Assembly (NCBI RefSeq): GCF_002105155.1
Contig: NW_019028996.1
Location: forward strand, 1 to 64,000
DNA from: Lobosporangium transversale
Taxonomy: Eukaryota
DNA length: 64,000 bases
Direction: 5' to 3'
Made by a program: the position numbers and the translations under genes. The notes under the pieces were generated by a model that was not told the origin of the DNA, did not search any database, and was given only the letters and a program-made list of their open reading frames with translations. This document shows, piece after piece, positions 27,387-39,226 of this stretch; position 1 is the first letter of the stretch, and every line of letters begins with the position of its first letter.

Positions 27387-27625
27387 AAGGAATTACGAAA
27401 AACACAAATAAATTTTACTTGAAAAATGTGCATAAGCTGTTGCTCTCCTCTGATTGGCATACAGAACGCCTGTCACGACAAGGCTGCGATGTCTTGCCTT
27501 TCGCTCATGCAGTTGTCAACCGTCCCCATTTTGCATCTTTTTTTTTTTTTTTTTTTTTTTTCTTTCCTTTTTGAATACTTTACCTCTCTTTTCGAATAGA
27601 AATAACAATAATATACCTATCAAAA

Positions 27626-30121
27626 ATGAACAGCGACGACGAGGTGCAGGAGACTTATCTCTTCGAGCTTGCAACAGAAGACGACGATGAAGAGGAGGAT
27701 ACAGAGATGGGTCACAGTGGTGAAAACAGTGACAACGATGATGACTATGAAGACGTGGAGGAGGAGGAGGAGGAAAGGGATGATGACGATGATGACGATG
27801 ATGACGACGATGACGAAAACAGGGAAGAAGATGATGATAGTGAAGAGTTTGTGGTTGAAAGCAACCTTCTTGCGACATTGTTATCAGCAGCAGGTATGGC
27901 TAATGTCTGATTTTCTCTGACTGCCTTGCGTAATACCGTCGAAGCTTAATCTGGACAGCTCCTAAAGACGATCCGATATTTTTATTGTCTGCTCTATATG
28001 TCTTCTTAAGGCCCTAATAGACTTCGTCAGCGTAAGACACTAAGTCGAATATGTGCGTAGCGGTATATATTTGAATCATTATTAAGTTCCTTACTTCTTT
28101 TCATTAGTCGTCGCCCTTCTTCATGCTCAGAATACTACGCTTGATAATGATGATGATGATCATGTCTATATCAGATCACGTTTTCATCATCGAACTCGAA
28201 TCCCCTCCCCAATCCCTGAACCTGATATTGAGAAAGGGACTGAGCTACTTAATTCTGGCGATTTTGGACGTGTGGAGTCAGCCTATGTCCCCAGCAAGGA
28301 AAATAAGGATAATGTTGCTCGGAAACTGTGGATGAGGCAGCTTAGGCCGCGATCAATTAAGGCTCTGGCTATAGGAGAAGTAAGGCCTGCTTAAAAATGC
28401 AACCTAGTTTTTGAGGCTGACGTATGCTTATTGACTTATTGACTTGTTGGTAAATATAGTCCATATTGCCTGATAACCCTGGAAAGGTCATTGATCTCTA
28501 CAATGAAGCTGCCTGCTCTGGTCAATATTCTGAAGATGGGTAAGGTTTAAGATCACTTGAGAGAAGACTGCGCAGTCCCCATCCCCTTATTGAAGGCATT
28601 TTCGCGTTTACACCGTCGTAACATTTATATATACTTCGTTACAAGGTCTTTGTTTTCAAGCTGTGATAGAGATTGGAAGCTGCGCATTTACAAAACTGCT
28701 GGAAATAGACTGGTTCCTGAGCGTACAATCCAAGGCATGTTTGGAGAGTGGACTATCACCGACCATAACCTGTCATTAGATAGCCACTGGCTGATTTACT
28801 CCAGCCTGACGCCGGTGGTGTACTTGACGCGAACCGCAAAAGATGCGCCGGACACGCACCATGCCTTGGACTTCTCGATTGAGACCGATGAACGTGCGGT
28901 ACATACATAACACTTTGAATTATGCAAACAGCTAAGGAAGTCTTGATCTTGATTAATGTCTCACTTACAATTATACTGTTCTATAGCTTTGGTCTGTGCG
29001 ATTTTCAGGAGATGGTAGAGAGATTGTCGCGGGAGGCAGGAATCGGATTCATGGTGAGTACCAGGTCAAGTTGAAACCATTAGATCTTCAATCCACTGTT
29101 TCTTCAATTCATTTCTAATCTTGTGGTCTATAGTCTATGATATTGAATCCAGAACTGTATTGCACTCTGTCAAGGCTCATAAAGATGATGTCAATTCTGT
29201 ATGTTTTGCTGAGCCTTCATCTTCCCAAGTTGTATTCAGTGGTAGCGATGACCATTATGTTAAAGTCTGGTATGTAATAGAACGACCAGAGCCCATTCCT
29301 ATAGAAGAAGGAATAGGCAATCACTATCGACTGATCATCGTATTGTTCATTAAATCATAGGGATCGCCGCTCAATGGGAGGGCGATATAGTACACCTTCT
29401 GGAATCCTTGTAGGCCACTCTGAAGGCATTACATATGTTACATCTAAAGGCGATAACCGCTATTTGGCCAGCAACGGTAAGGACCAAAAGATGTTGCTCT
29501 GGGATTTGCGTATGATGTACTCAAGAAAGGACTTGGATTCGCTTCCAAAGCCCAGAGAGTCGACATTTGACTATCGAATGCAGCAATATCACGAACACAA
29601 GTCGTACAAAGTTCCTGTAAGAATCTGAAGTAGAATATACGTTGCAGTAAAATCCATCACGATATCCTCATACTAATTTTTCTGTTCAAACAACTGGTTA
29701 GGGTGATTGTTCCGTAATGACTTTCCAAGGCCATAAAGTCCTTCGGACTTTGATACGCTGCCATTTTTCCCCCGTACACTCTACTGGTCAGCGATATCTT
29801 TACACTGGTAGCGCAGATGGTAATGTCGCCATATACCGATTAGATGGCACTCTTGTTCGAACACTAGACACTAGTGCAGCATTTGCAAAGTGTTCTGAGT
29901 CTTCCAGAAAGCATATGTATGTAGCCCGTGACGCAAGCTGGCACCCTTATCACCCAACAATCCTCAGCTCATGTATGATAGACCGATCGTCATATGGGCC
30001 TCTTGCTGGTGGTATTGTGAGACATACATTTACGAGAGCAAATGATTTAGAATCAAACATGTCGGATTCCTCTGACAATGCTTTACCGCCACCACCACGG
30101 AGGCGTCGACATTTTTTGTAA
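27626..30121 (+). CDS. WD40 protein DCAF11/WDR23 (LEC14B-like), CUL4-DDB1 substrate receptor
   Basis: Acidic N-terminus, SGQYSEDG, WTITD, LWSVRFSGDGREIVAG, HKDDVNSVCF, GHSEGITYV...GDNRYLASNGKDQ...WDLR, SVMTFQGHKVLRTLIRCHFSP and RDASWHP. Confidence 0.88.
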
Positions 30122-30257
30122 TAAATATCGCTTTACTCCTTTAAATAATATGATTCTTATTTGAAGTCACAAAACAGGAAAAAAAAAAAAAAAAAAATTA
30201 AAGTGGCCATTTTTTGTGATTGCTGCCTTCCTCACATTGGACATTAACCATCCCATC

Positions 30258-32213
30258 ATGGAGCAGCACAATAGCAATAACTCGAAAGGAAACCAGACTA
30301 GCCAGGGCCATGGGAGCAGCAATGCCAGTGCGCAGACGACAACAACACACGCGTCTACGAACGATTACTGGTGCCATCAAGTATACATTTAATTTCGCCC
30401 AAGAAATATATTCTGTTGACATTCCTCCTTCGGCTAAGAAAAGGCGAGTTAACCAAAAAGTCCTTTTCAATCATGGATAATAGTGTCAGCGAGAAATTAC
30501 GCCGTTGATGGTCCCAGACCCCATGTGCCCGCACTGTCACAACGAGTTTGTAGAGAAAGTATGTCTTGTTCTAGAATTCTAGTTGTGCGATGTATCAGCA
30601 GGCCCACTCCTTTCTTCCGCTTTAATAACTAATGTCGTGTGGTTCTGATTTCTCTCCTCAATGCCCTATAGATCGAGGCAGATAATGACCCGCGTACATT
30701 CATTCATCCGGAAACGCAAACAACAGACGATGCAAGAGGGCAGCATTCAAACTCTTCAGGGCTCGATGGGACCGATAATCACGATGATCTCTTTCGTCTA
30801 TTCCAGGCGTTCTTTAACCCACAGAGAGCTATGATGCAACAACAGCAGCGTCAGCGCCAATATTCGAATGAATATAGCTCGCCTGGACAGACATACACAA
30901 GTGGGACACAGTTTATCTTCAATCCAGGCTCCACGAGTTCTACACACACGTTTGTGGCAACCAGCCCCGGAACATCACAGCACACATCAGCCCATAGCCC
31001 GCCAAGGCAGGATCAATCAATAGAGAGAGAAGCAGTAGGAAGCGAAAGTACTAATGTAGAGCATGATGGTCAGCAACAGCAACATTCTCAAGGACCACAA
31101 TGGCATAGTCCTCCTTCATTAATCTCAGGGTAAAGCGCGTATCAATTCATCAAATCAAAGATATATGGATGTCACTTATAATGGCTGTGGTGAGTTAGAA
31201 GACATCGATGACCAAAAGCTAATCCATTTTTGGTTATAACTTTGCAACGTAGGCTGCTGAATCGTCTTGGAATCGAGATACACTATACTACTGATCCCAC
31301 GGCATTTCAAGATTCCCGCGGGTTTGGAGCGCCGTTTGGCTTAGCTATGGGTGGTACTGGTAGTGGATTCTTTCCGATTGTAAGCAATCCCGGAGACTAT
31401 GCCTGGGGTCAAGGAGGCCTTGATGATATCATCTCGCAGATGATGGAAATACAAAAGTATGCGAGTCTATGAATATGCTGATTCCAGCTGCTAAGTTAAC
31501 TAAAAAAAAAAAAAAAAAAAAACTAACAAAATATTCATCACCAACTCAATAGCCGTCAAAATGGCCCTGTTGGCGCATCAGACGAGATTATTGACAGCAT
31601 CCCTCACCACACTTTGACAGACGAAGAGCTTGGTATACAATCATGACATGATATAAAATAGAGCCTTGTCATGTCTATAAACTGGCAATCACCCATTAAT
31701 ACTTCATCTTCTTGTGGTGCGGTTGTAGAAGCCAAAACTGAATGTAGTGTATGCAAGGATGAGTTCACGAAGGAGGATAATCTCTTACAATTACCTTGCA
31801 AACATATCTTTCACGAAGACTGCATCAAGCCCTGGCTCAAAGTCAGTGGGACCTGCCCTACGTGGTATGTCGATTTCTCTTTCCGATTTACAACGCCTCG
31901 CAACAATGAAAACAATGGTTAACCTTGCATAATATCACTTACTTTTCTCTTCTCTAAAAAAAAAAGCCGATTTTCATTAGTTGGAGGAAACAATGGTTCG
32001 ACACAGGGAGATCATCCCTCTGCACCTGGAAACAGAGGAAATGGCAACTCTTCGCAGTCTTCAACGACTAACGAACCAAGGATTCCAGGAGCATTTCCTA
32101 CCGCTACCACCTCTAACTTTACTCAATCCAACAATAACGTCAACACGTCTTCTTCCAATCCTGCTACGACTACAACAACTGGCCACTCTCTTGTGATAGA
32201 GCCCCTAGATTAA
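30258..32213 (+). CDS. RNF115/RNF126-like RING-H2 E3 ubiquitin ligase with N-terminal zinc ribbon
   Basis: ATG at 30258. YWCHQ|CQREI...CPHCHNEFVEK zinc ribbon, NPGDYAWGQGGLDDIISQMM, RING-H2 CSVCKDEF...[26 protein letters not shown]; ends EPLD-stop. Confidence 0.88.
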
Positions 32214-32865
32214 GCTTTTGGTGCTTCCTAAAGGGCTATAATAAATTGAGTTCTTCAGTATGCAAATGCTCAAATCCTTTGGTGGTTTTAGTATTGAGAA
32301 TCTCTTCCTGTCACGTAAAAAGGCTGAGGGAAATGAGAGGAAACCTCTTACTGTTGTTCTGGTTAGAGATGCCAAGAGGCGTATCAGTCTGGCGTCTGTT
32401 TAACCAGGACTTATGAATGTGGTGCCTCGGAAGAAAAAACCCCAAAAAGTTTTTCGTCTGTCATTACCGGGTGAATGATTTTGCGCAGTACAAAAAAAAA
32501 CGGCCCAATTGGGTCTTCAAACATTTAAAATATATAAATGTACATGTTTCTTGTTTGCCAAGAATGCAAGCTGGCATGTGCTCTGATGGGCGGAGACAAA
32601 TCCCTGGCGATTATTGTTGAGCAATCGAGACGACCAGGGTGATGATGACGCTATCCATTCCATATTGTCAATGGGCAAAGCACCAAAAGTCTTGAAAAGG
32701 GACTTTCTGTCAAAACCACTTTTTTTTGTTACTCTCTCTTTCCCTTTTGACTCATTCGTTCCTCATTGGATCAGTTTTTACTCCTCATCCTCCTTCATTC
32801 TTTGCAAACTTGCAGACATATTTCTAATTTTCGAAACTCTATTTACAAAAGGCTCCGCTAAAGCC

Positions 32866-34838
32866 ATGTCTATGCCTAATGAAGCCCATGAGGGTGTCCA
32901 CTTGGTTATCTTACACCACGGTCTTTGGGGCAACAAGGGACATCTTAAATTTATTGCGCAGCAGTTCAAAAAGCGATTTGGTGATCGCATCCTTGTCGTA
33001 TGTTCTTTTTTTATCAATTCCATTAAATTTTGTCGAAGAAAACGACGTTAGTCTTGACTCTGATGACTTCTTTTCAAAAATCTTTAGTATCGAGCAGAAT
33101 CAAACGAATCCTCTTTGACGTATGATGGTATTGACATTTGTGGACAGCGTGCTGTTCAAGAGATCCATGAGGTAGTTCGTGTGATTGAGGCAGGGGGCAA
33201 TATCTCTGAGCTGCAAGGGCGGAAGAATAAGGGCAAGAAGAAAGCCAACAGTAAATCAAAGACCAACACCACCCATAACAAGAAAATGGATGACAAAAAG
33301 ATTTCATCAATAGCACCATCGTCTGACTTGTCTTTGGATTCCAGTTCCGAGAGTAACAACAGTCAGCAAATCCCTCCATCAGCAGAGAGAAATAATAACG
33401 CAAGCAGTGAAACCCAACAAAGAAAAAAAGTCACACAATTATCTTTTTTAGGCTATTCGCTTGGAGGGCTTATCGGTCGTTTTGCAATAGGCTTATTGGC
33501 CATGGAAAAATTCTTTGATCCTTTAGAAGAAGGTGGACGAGGTATACAGCCGATGTATTTTGTGACAATGGCTACACCACACTTGGGAATCCGCATGCCT
33601 CCAAAGTCTATTTGGTCTAAAATGTTTAACTACTTAAGCTCAAGAATGTTAAGCCGAACAGGTAAGAAACTAAAAAAAAAAAAAAAAAAAAAAAAGTTAA
33701 TGTTCTATTAAATATGGTCAAGGGGTGATAAAAATAAAGAAGCATTTAAATGTTGCTTTGAAATATTTAGGTGAACAAATGCAACTGATTGACGATTATG
33801 TAAACCGTAAGCCATTGTTGTTGGTGATGTCCGAACCAGAGAGCGTGTTTGTAAAGGCGTTAGCACGTTTCAAGAGAAGAGCACTTTATTGTAACATTAG
33901 AAACGACCGATCGGTACCTTTCTGGACTGCAAGCTTCTCTGATGCAGATCCTTTTCAAGAACTGGAAGCTATGGAAATGTATGCAAAGAAAAGTAAAACA
34001 AAGAATGATAGCAATGGTTTCGTTTGCCATTTTTCTTTTTCTAATTTTTATCTCTCATGCCAACAATAGCCAATATGATTCTGGCTATTCTTCTTTGATC
34101 GAATCCTTTGAACACCTCGATATGGAAACATTAGAGCGAATGAAACAGGAACGTGAAGAATCTTTAAAGTCAGCTTCATTTATTCAGAGGACTTCACAAA
34201 AGCTTACTAAAATTCCTTGGAAAAAGTATGCGCTTTATGGACTTCTCGGTCCCCTTCTGATCCCTCTTTGGATCGTATTCGCGAGCACTACGATCGGTCT
34301 TCAGGGTTTGACTTCAAGAAAAAGGACTAAGAATATGGTTACGTCCAATGAAGCTTTGCAACGTATCCGCGAGCGAGCCTCTGCAGTAACGCTTGAACAA
34401 TACCGTGATGATGATGCAACCGGTATCCAAGATGATGTTCAAGACTTGTCTAAAGCCATCGACATCAACAGCACTAGCGTTGATGATAACGCTAAGTCTG
34501 CTAAAGATGATACCAGGCAGGAGCATAATGTTGTCTCTGTCGTTGAAGACGTTCCATCATCTTCGTCGTCTATTTCTTCTTCTAGGGAAGTTTCAGCGCT
34601 GATATCATATTCGTATCCAGACCTTAAATCTATTCGTCCTTTGGCTCTGTTACCTGTACAGGTCGAGATTTCACGTAATTTGAACAAGCTGGAGTGGAAA
34701 AAGAACATTGTGCATATCGAAGGATGGAACTCACATGCGTCAATTGTGGTACGTGAGAAACGGTTCTCTAATGATGGTGGCGTTGCAGCAGTGCAGCATG
34801 CGGTCGATATGTTCAAAGAGGACGGTGAGGATGAATAG
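32866..34838 (+). CDS. DUF676 putative serine esterase/lipase (Rog1/Lpl1-like)
   Basis: HLVILHHGLWG, TYDGIDICG, GYSLGG, ATPHLG, SRTGEQ, NDRSVPFWT, NSHASIVVR, and one hydrophobic segment. Three in-phase introns. Confidence 0.87.
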
Positions 34839-35175
34839 AACAGCTAAGCAACTATGAATTTGGGCTATAAACCCAGTGAGAGTGAGCGAATTATTGACAA
34901 ATAAAGATAACTTTTCGTATGATGCATAAAGTTTCGTCATGGGCATGAAATTGATTCATGCATTACATCTGTTTGACAGCCTGTCTTATTATTTGATTTA
35001 AGAGAGAGGTCCGTTCGCACATCACCTACACCTTTTCTCGTCCTATTTCTTCGCTTTCTTTTCTTCTTCGCCTTGCTCTTTGAACACCACCTTCTCACAT
35101 TCCTTCATAGTATATATTTTTGTCCTTTCACGAAAAAAAACACATCCATATTCATACACGTATTCCATACCAATT

Positions 35176-37310
35176 ATGCGCCTGCTCAATCCTTCCTTGG
35201 CGTTGCTCCTGCTAATACTACCCTTGGATGACCTCTGGATTGAACCAGTCCAGGCATCGTTCTTTTCCTCTGTCTCCAAGTCAGACAACTCCATCACCTG
35301 TGGCACGTCTCACTCTCCATGCCCTGTTACTGCTCCTTGTTGTAACAGTAAGTTATTATTATTATTATTAATGCTATTATTTTTTGTTCGGCTGCGGAAT
35401 TGATTGATAGCAAAAGCAAGCATGATGAAGTTTTTGTATCTAATACATGCTAATATACTCCTTTTCAAAAAATAAAAGATGGAGTCTGTCAAAAGACATC
35501 GTATGAAGCCTGTTCCATCGCACTGGGCTGTGAACCTGAGTTTTCACATCCACAAAAGGACACCTCATCACACTCTTCTAAAAAATCTTCTGGAGATGAC
35601 TATCAGCCCCAGAATCCACAGAGCTGCTTCCCTTTACCGGTTTGTCGACCCTTGACTGAGAAATTTAAGAGTAACCAGCCTGACAAGAAAGGCCTGCATC
35701 TACCCTTGATCCCTAAACAAAACTTTTCAGGGAATCCAGATCAAGCCCATTGGACCTCAGATTTCGATTATATTGCGCCTTACGCACAAGTAGATCCCAA
35801 ACAAAAGAAGCTGCTCTTGACCGCTAGGAGGTACTTTATTTTATTATTTCCTTTTTTTAATTATTTTCTTTTTTTTATTTACTTTTTTTTATTATTTTCC
35901 TTATTCTTTCTCGAGGAAAGAGGAGAGTTGGTATCATTGGTAATAACGATCTAATATACTGCTCTTTGTTATCATCTTTTGGTGTTAATTTAAAATAGAG
36001 ACGCAGTCAAGACCCAAAGTGGAGGTGGATTTGGGGCGACAGTGTCATCGACGCGTTGGAACAGGTATGGAACTTTTGCTGCCAAATTCAAGTCCGGCGC
36101 GACGGGTCCAGGTATTGTTACTGCCATGATGCTTTCGAACCCTATTCTTGGAGAAGAAATCACTATCGAGGTCACGGGTCGTGATCCCAAGACTGTTATT
36201 ACGGATTTTTATCGCCATTCTGCTCAAAGGAGTCATCCATCGTCTTCATCATCCTCATGGTTGCCTTCGTTCAAGTCTGTGACCCCTTCACTCGATGGTC
36301 TCCGAATCCGGACACGAAGATTCAAGGATATGATCTTACCTGGTGGTGGCACGAAGACCCGAAAGAATAAGGCACTCACTACAGATGTAGTGGTCGTTCA
36401 GCATAGTGATGCTGAAGATGATGATATTTCGAAGCATGAGGATGAGATCGACGATGGCTCACTAGAGGAGTCTCATCCGCTGAAGAAGTCTGCCACAGAG
36501 AACGAGCTTGTTTACAAGATTGAGTGGACTCCAGAGCGTATCCGATGGTCCGTCGATGGACATGTTCTTCGAACCCTCACAGCCAAAGATTTGAAGGCTG
36601 AACGCGGCTATGGTTTGCCGTCTCATCCAATGCTCCTCCAGTTCACGATTTGGGATGCTGGTTATAATCAAGAGACAGAGGCTTGGTCTGGTGGAAAGAC
36701 TGACTATGGTGAAAAGGATGAGAAGGAGTACACAACATCTATTGATTGGATTGAGGTCTCATGCCAGGATCGTAAGGAACATAAGCGCACTCCTTGGCCC
36801 GGCAAAGAAGCCGCGAAGCGACTAGAACAAGCTGAAAAGGAGGCAAAGATTGAGCGAGAAACCAGAGAGAAGGAAGAGAAACAAAGACAAGCTGAGGAAG
36901 AAAAGAAGAGAAAGGAAAGCGAAAAGAAGCAAAAGAAGGCTGCTAAAGCAGAGAAGAAATCGGCCAGAAAGGAAGCAGAAAAGGCTGGTGGTGGTTGGAT
37001 CTTTGGTCGCAACAAAGTAAGCAAGGAAGAGAAGGAGCAAAAGCTTACACAGAAAAGATCGTTGTTTGGTTGGGGAAGCAGCAGCAGCAGCAACAACCGT
37101 CGCAGCAGTAATAATGCCACTAGTATCAAATCCCATGGAGAAAAACCAGAAGGATTTGTAGCTCGGTTTGTTGATTCTGCCGTATCACACCTGCTTCGAT
37201 GGGTCATCATCTTAGTTATCCTTACAGGCAGCGCTTCCTATTTGACGGAGCCTCTTGAAGTTCAGAAGCAACGTCAGCAGCAAGCCTATTATGCTACAAT
37301 GAAGCAATAA
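35176..37310 (+). CDS. GH16 Crh/Utr2-like cell-wall transglycosylase homolog with Cys-rich chitin-binding-like module, KE-rich stalk and C-terminal TM
   Basis: Signal peptide; CG...CP...PCC..G.C...C...GC.P module; SSTRW..YG, GIVTA, EEITIE, YKIEWTPERIRWSVDG..LRTL, PSHPM..QFTIWDAG, WSGG. Two in-phase introns. Confidence 0.8.
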
Positions 37311-37671
37311 GTGGGACGTTTTCTCTTTTACTCCTTTATTCACAAATGAAACACGAACAGTTGTCGGAAACTAAAAGCCAAGCATAGCAAGCATTGCTTT
37401 TTTTCCTTTTTTTTTTTTTTTTTTTTTTTGAAACAAGCTTATCTACAAGTTACATAAATAAAATAAAAAAATAAAAAAAAAAAATAAAGTTTATTCGCGA
37501 TTGTGCTTGTCTATAAATTATGATACACATGTTGCCTCAGAAAAAAAAAGCAAGGACTGTGTCCAATTTGTCTTACAAGTTGCTAATCCAAAATATATTA
37601 GGACCTCTAATTTGATAAGAAGAGCAAGCGATGCTATCCTTCTTATTCGAGTGGAAATGTCAATGTAATGA

Positions 37672-37866
37672 TCAAGGAATTGTGTCCATGTCATCAGAAA
37701 TACTAAAGTTTCTGTTAAATTCTTGACGGTCGACACCAAACTTGTTCACGCAGTACGATTGGAATGCAAAAATATTTTCTTTCAAAAGTTGTAGACCATA
37801 ATTCAAATATTACTGTTAGACCAAGTGACGAATAACCTCGAACGATTTGATCCTAATCTGCCTTTG

Positions 37867-37901
<35 letters not shown>

Positions 37902-38872
37902 TAAACTGCAAGGAGCATTACCTGTCCACCGATTTGCAGCATCCTTGGCTATTTGTGAATATTTTTCTAAAAATGATATAGCGCAAGAGAGCCACAATGG
38001 TCAACGCGCGTCCAAACAAGATAAGGTTTCATTGAACAGGTTCAGTTGGATCGGGTATTTCCTCGACAATCATTATGATTCGTACTTTGCCCCTCCAAAA
38101 GAATGGGATCATTGTCACTGTACTGTTTAAGCTCCTGCTGAAGCTCATGATTATGTGCTTCTGCTTCTGCAAGTTTTCTCATTAGTTCCTGCCGTTGATC
38201 CTAAATGATAATGAGAGCATGAAGCAGCAGACAAATGCCTTTAGATTTTTGTCCGCTTCCACTAACAAAACTGTCACTATCCAGATACGTGTAAGATACA
38301 AATTCGACGTAATTAAGCCTTACACTATCTTCACGTCCACTAGATAACTGTCGGATATTTTCCTCTAATACTGCATTTGCAGCCTCTAATCTCTGTAGCT
38401 CCTCCTGTAGGCTCTGCAACTTCCCTTTCTTCTACTCTAGCAGAGAATTTTGCAACGACGTTAAACAACAACGTAATATCACGCTAAACATGGCCATTTA
38501 ATCATAAGCATGAGCATAACCAGGGCCCTAGCCATAAACATAAGTACAACCATATAGAGCTTTAGCGCATACCGATTGTTGAACTGCGCTTGGAAAGGAC
38601 CAATAATAATTGGAGGTTCCAATCTTTTCCACTGTGACGAGTCCATCATCCACAAGAGATTGAAGCACGTCTTTAACAGACTGCTGAACTAAATCAAAGT
38701 TCAAAAAGCATGATTAAAGTCTTGATGAGAATCATTATATTATGTGCATACAGTTAGTGAGAGCTCATAGAACATGTGGCCCCTACCAATTCCTTTTAAT
38801 TTCGGGGCGGTCTTTTCTAGTTCCTGAAGTTTATGAAAGGTCCCCTAAAAAAAATGCAAAACAACACAAGAG

Positions 38873-38908
<36 letters not shown>

Positions 38909-39226
38909 GATCCTTATACGGTTCATTGTTTCCTGTCATGCCATAGTCTATGGTACAATATCTCTCGAGCGATAAGGCAGGTCAAAAAAAAAAAAAAAAA
39001 AAACTATTGGGCTATTGCACTGCTGTTTTATTGTCCTAATGATCTTACGGATTCATGAAAGAGCTCCAATAGTTTTGTTCGCTTTTCAGCTGTTGAAAGG
39101 CCTTTGCGTGACTATGGTCGATAGAAGACTTTTATTTAGTGATATTTTACTTGACGCATTTTACTGCTTACTATTTTTAAGGAGCACGAAAGAAGTACTG
39201 AAAGCTGCATGATCGGTACTTACCAT
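37672..39226 (-). CDS. MND1: Meiotic nuclear division protein 1 (Hop2-Mnd1 complex), 8 short exons
   Basis: Spliced: M|SRKGLSTAEKRTKLLELFHES|GTFHKLQELEKTAPKLKGI|VQQSVKDVLQSLVDDGLVTVEKIGTSNYYWSFPS...|coiled coil|DNDP...|AKDAANRWT|ENIFAFQSYC...DMDTIP-stop. All introns are GT-AG and in phase. Confidence 0.93.

Noticed and set aside
32308..32328. U5 snRNA loop-I-like GCCTTTTTAC on the minus strand
   Set aside because: It has five T's rather than the invariant GCCUUUUAC, and no Sm site follows.
36704..37210. 168-aa antisense ORF over the GH16 gene (and a similar one at 25848-26330)
   Set aside because: Mirror frames of low-complexity coding sequence.
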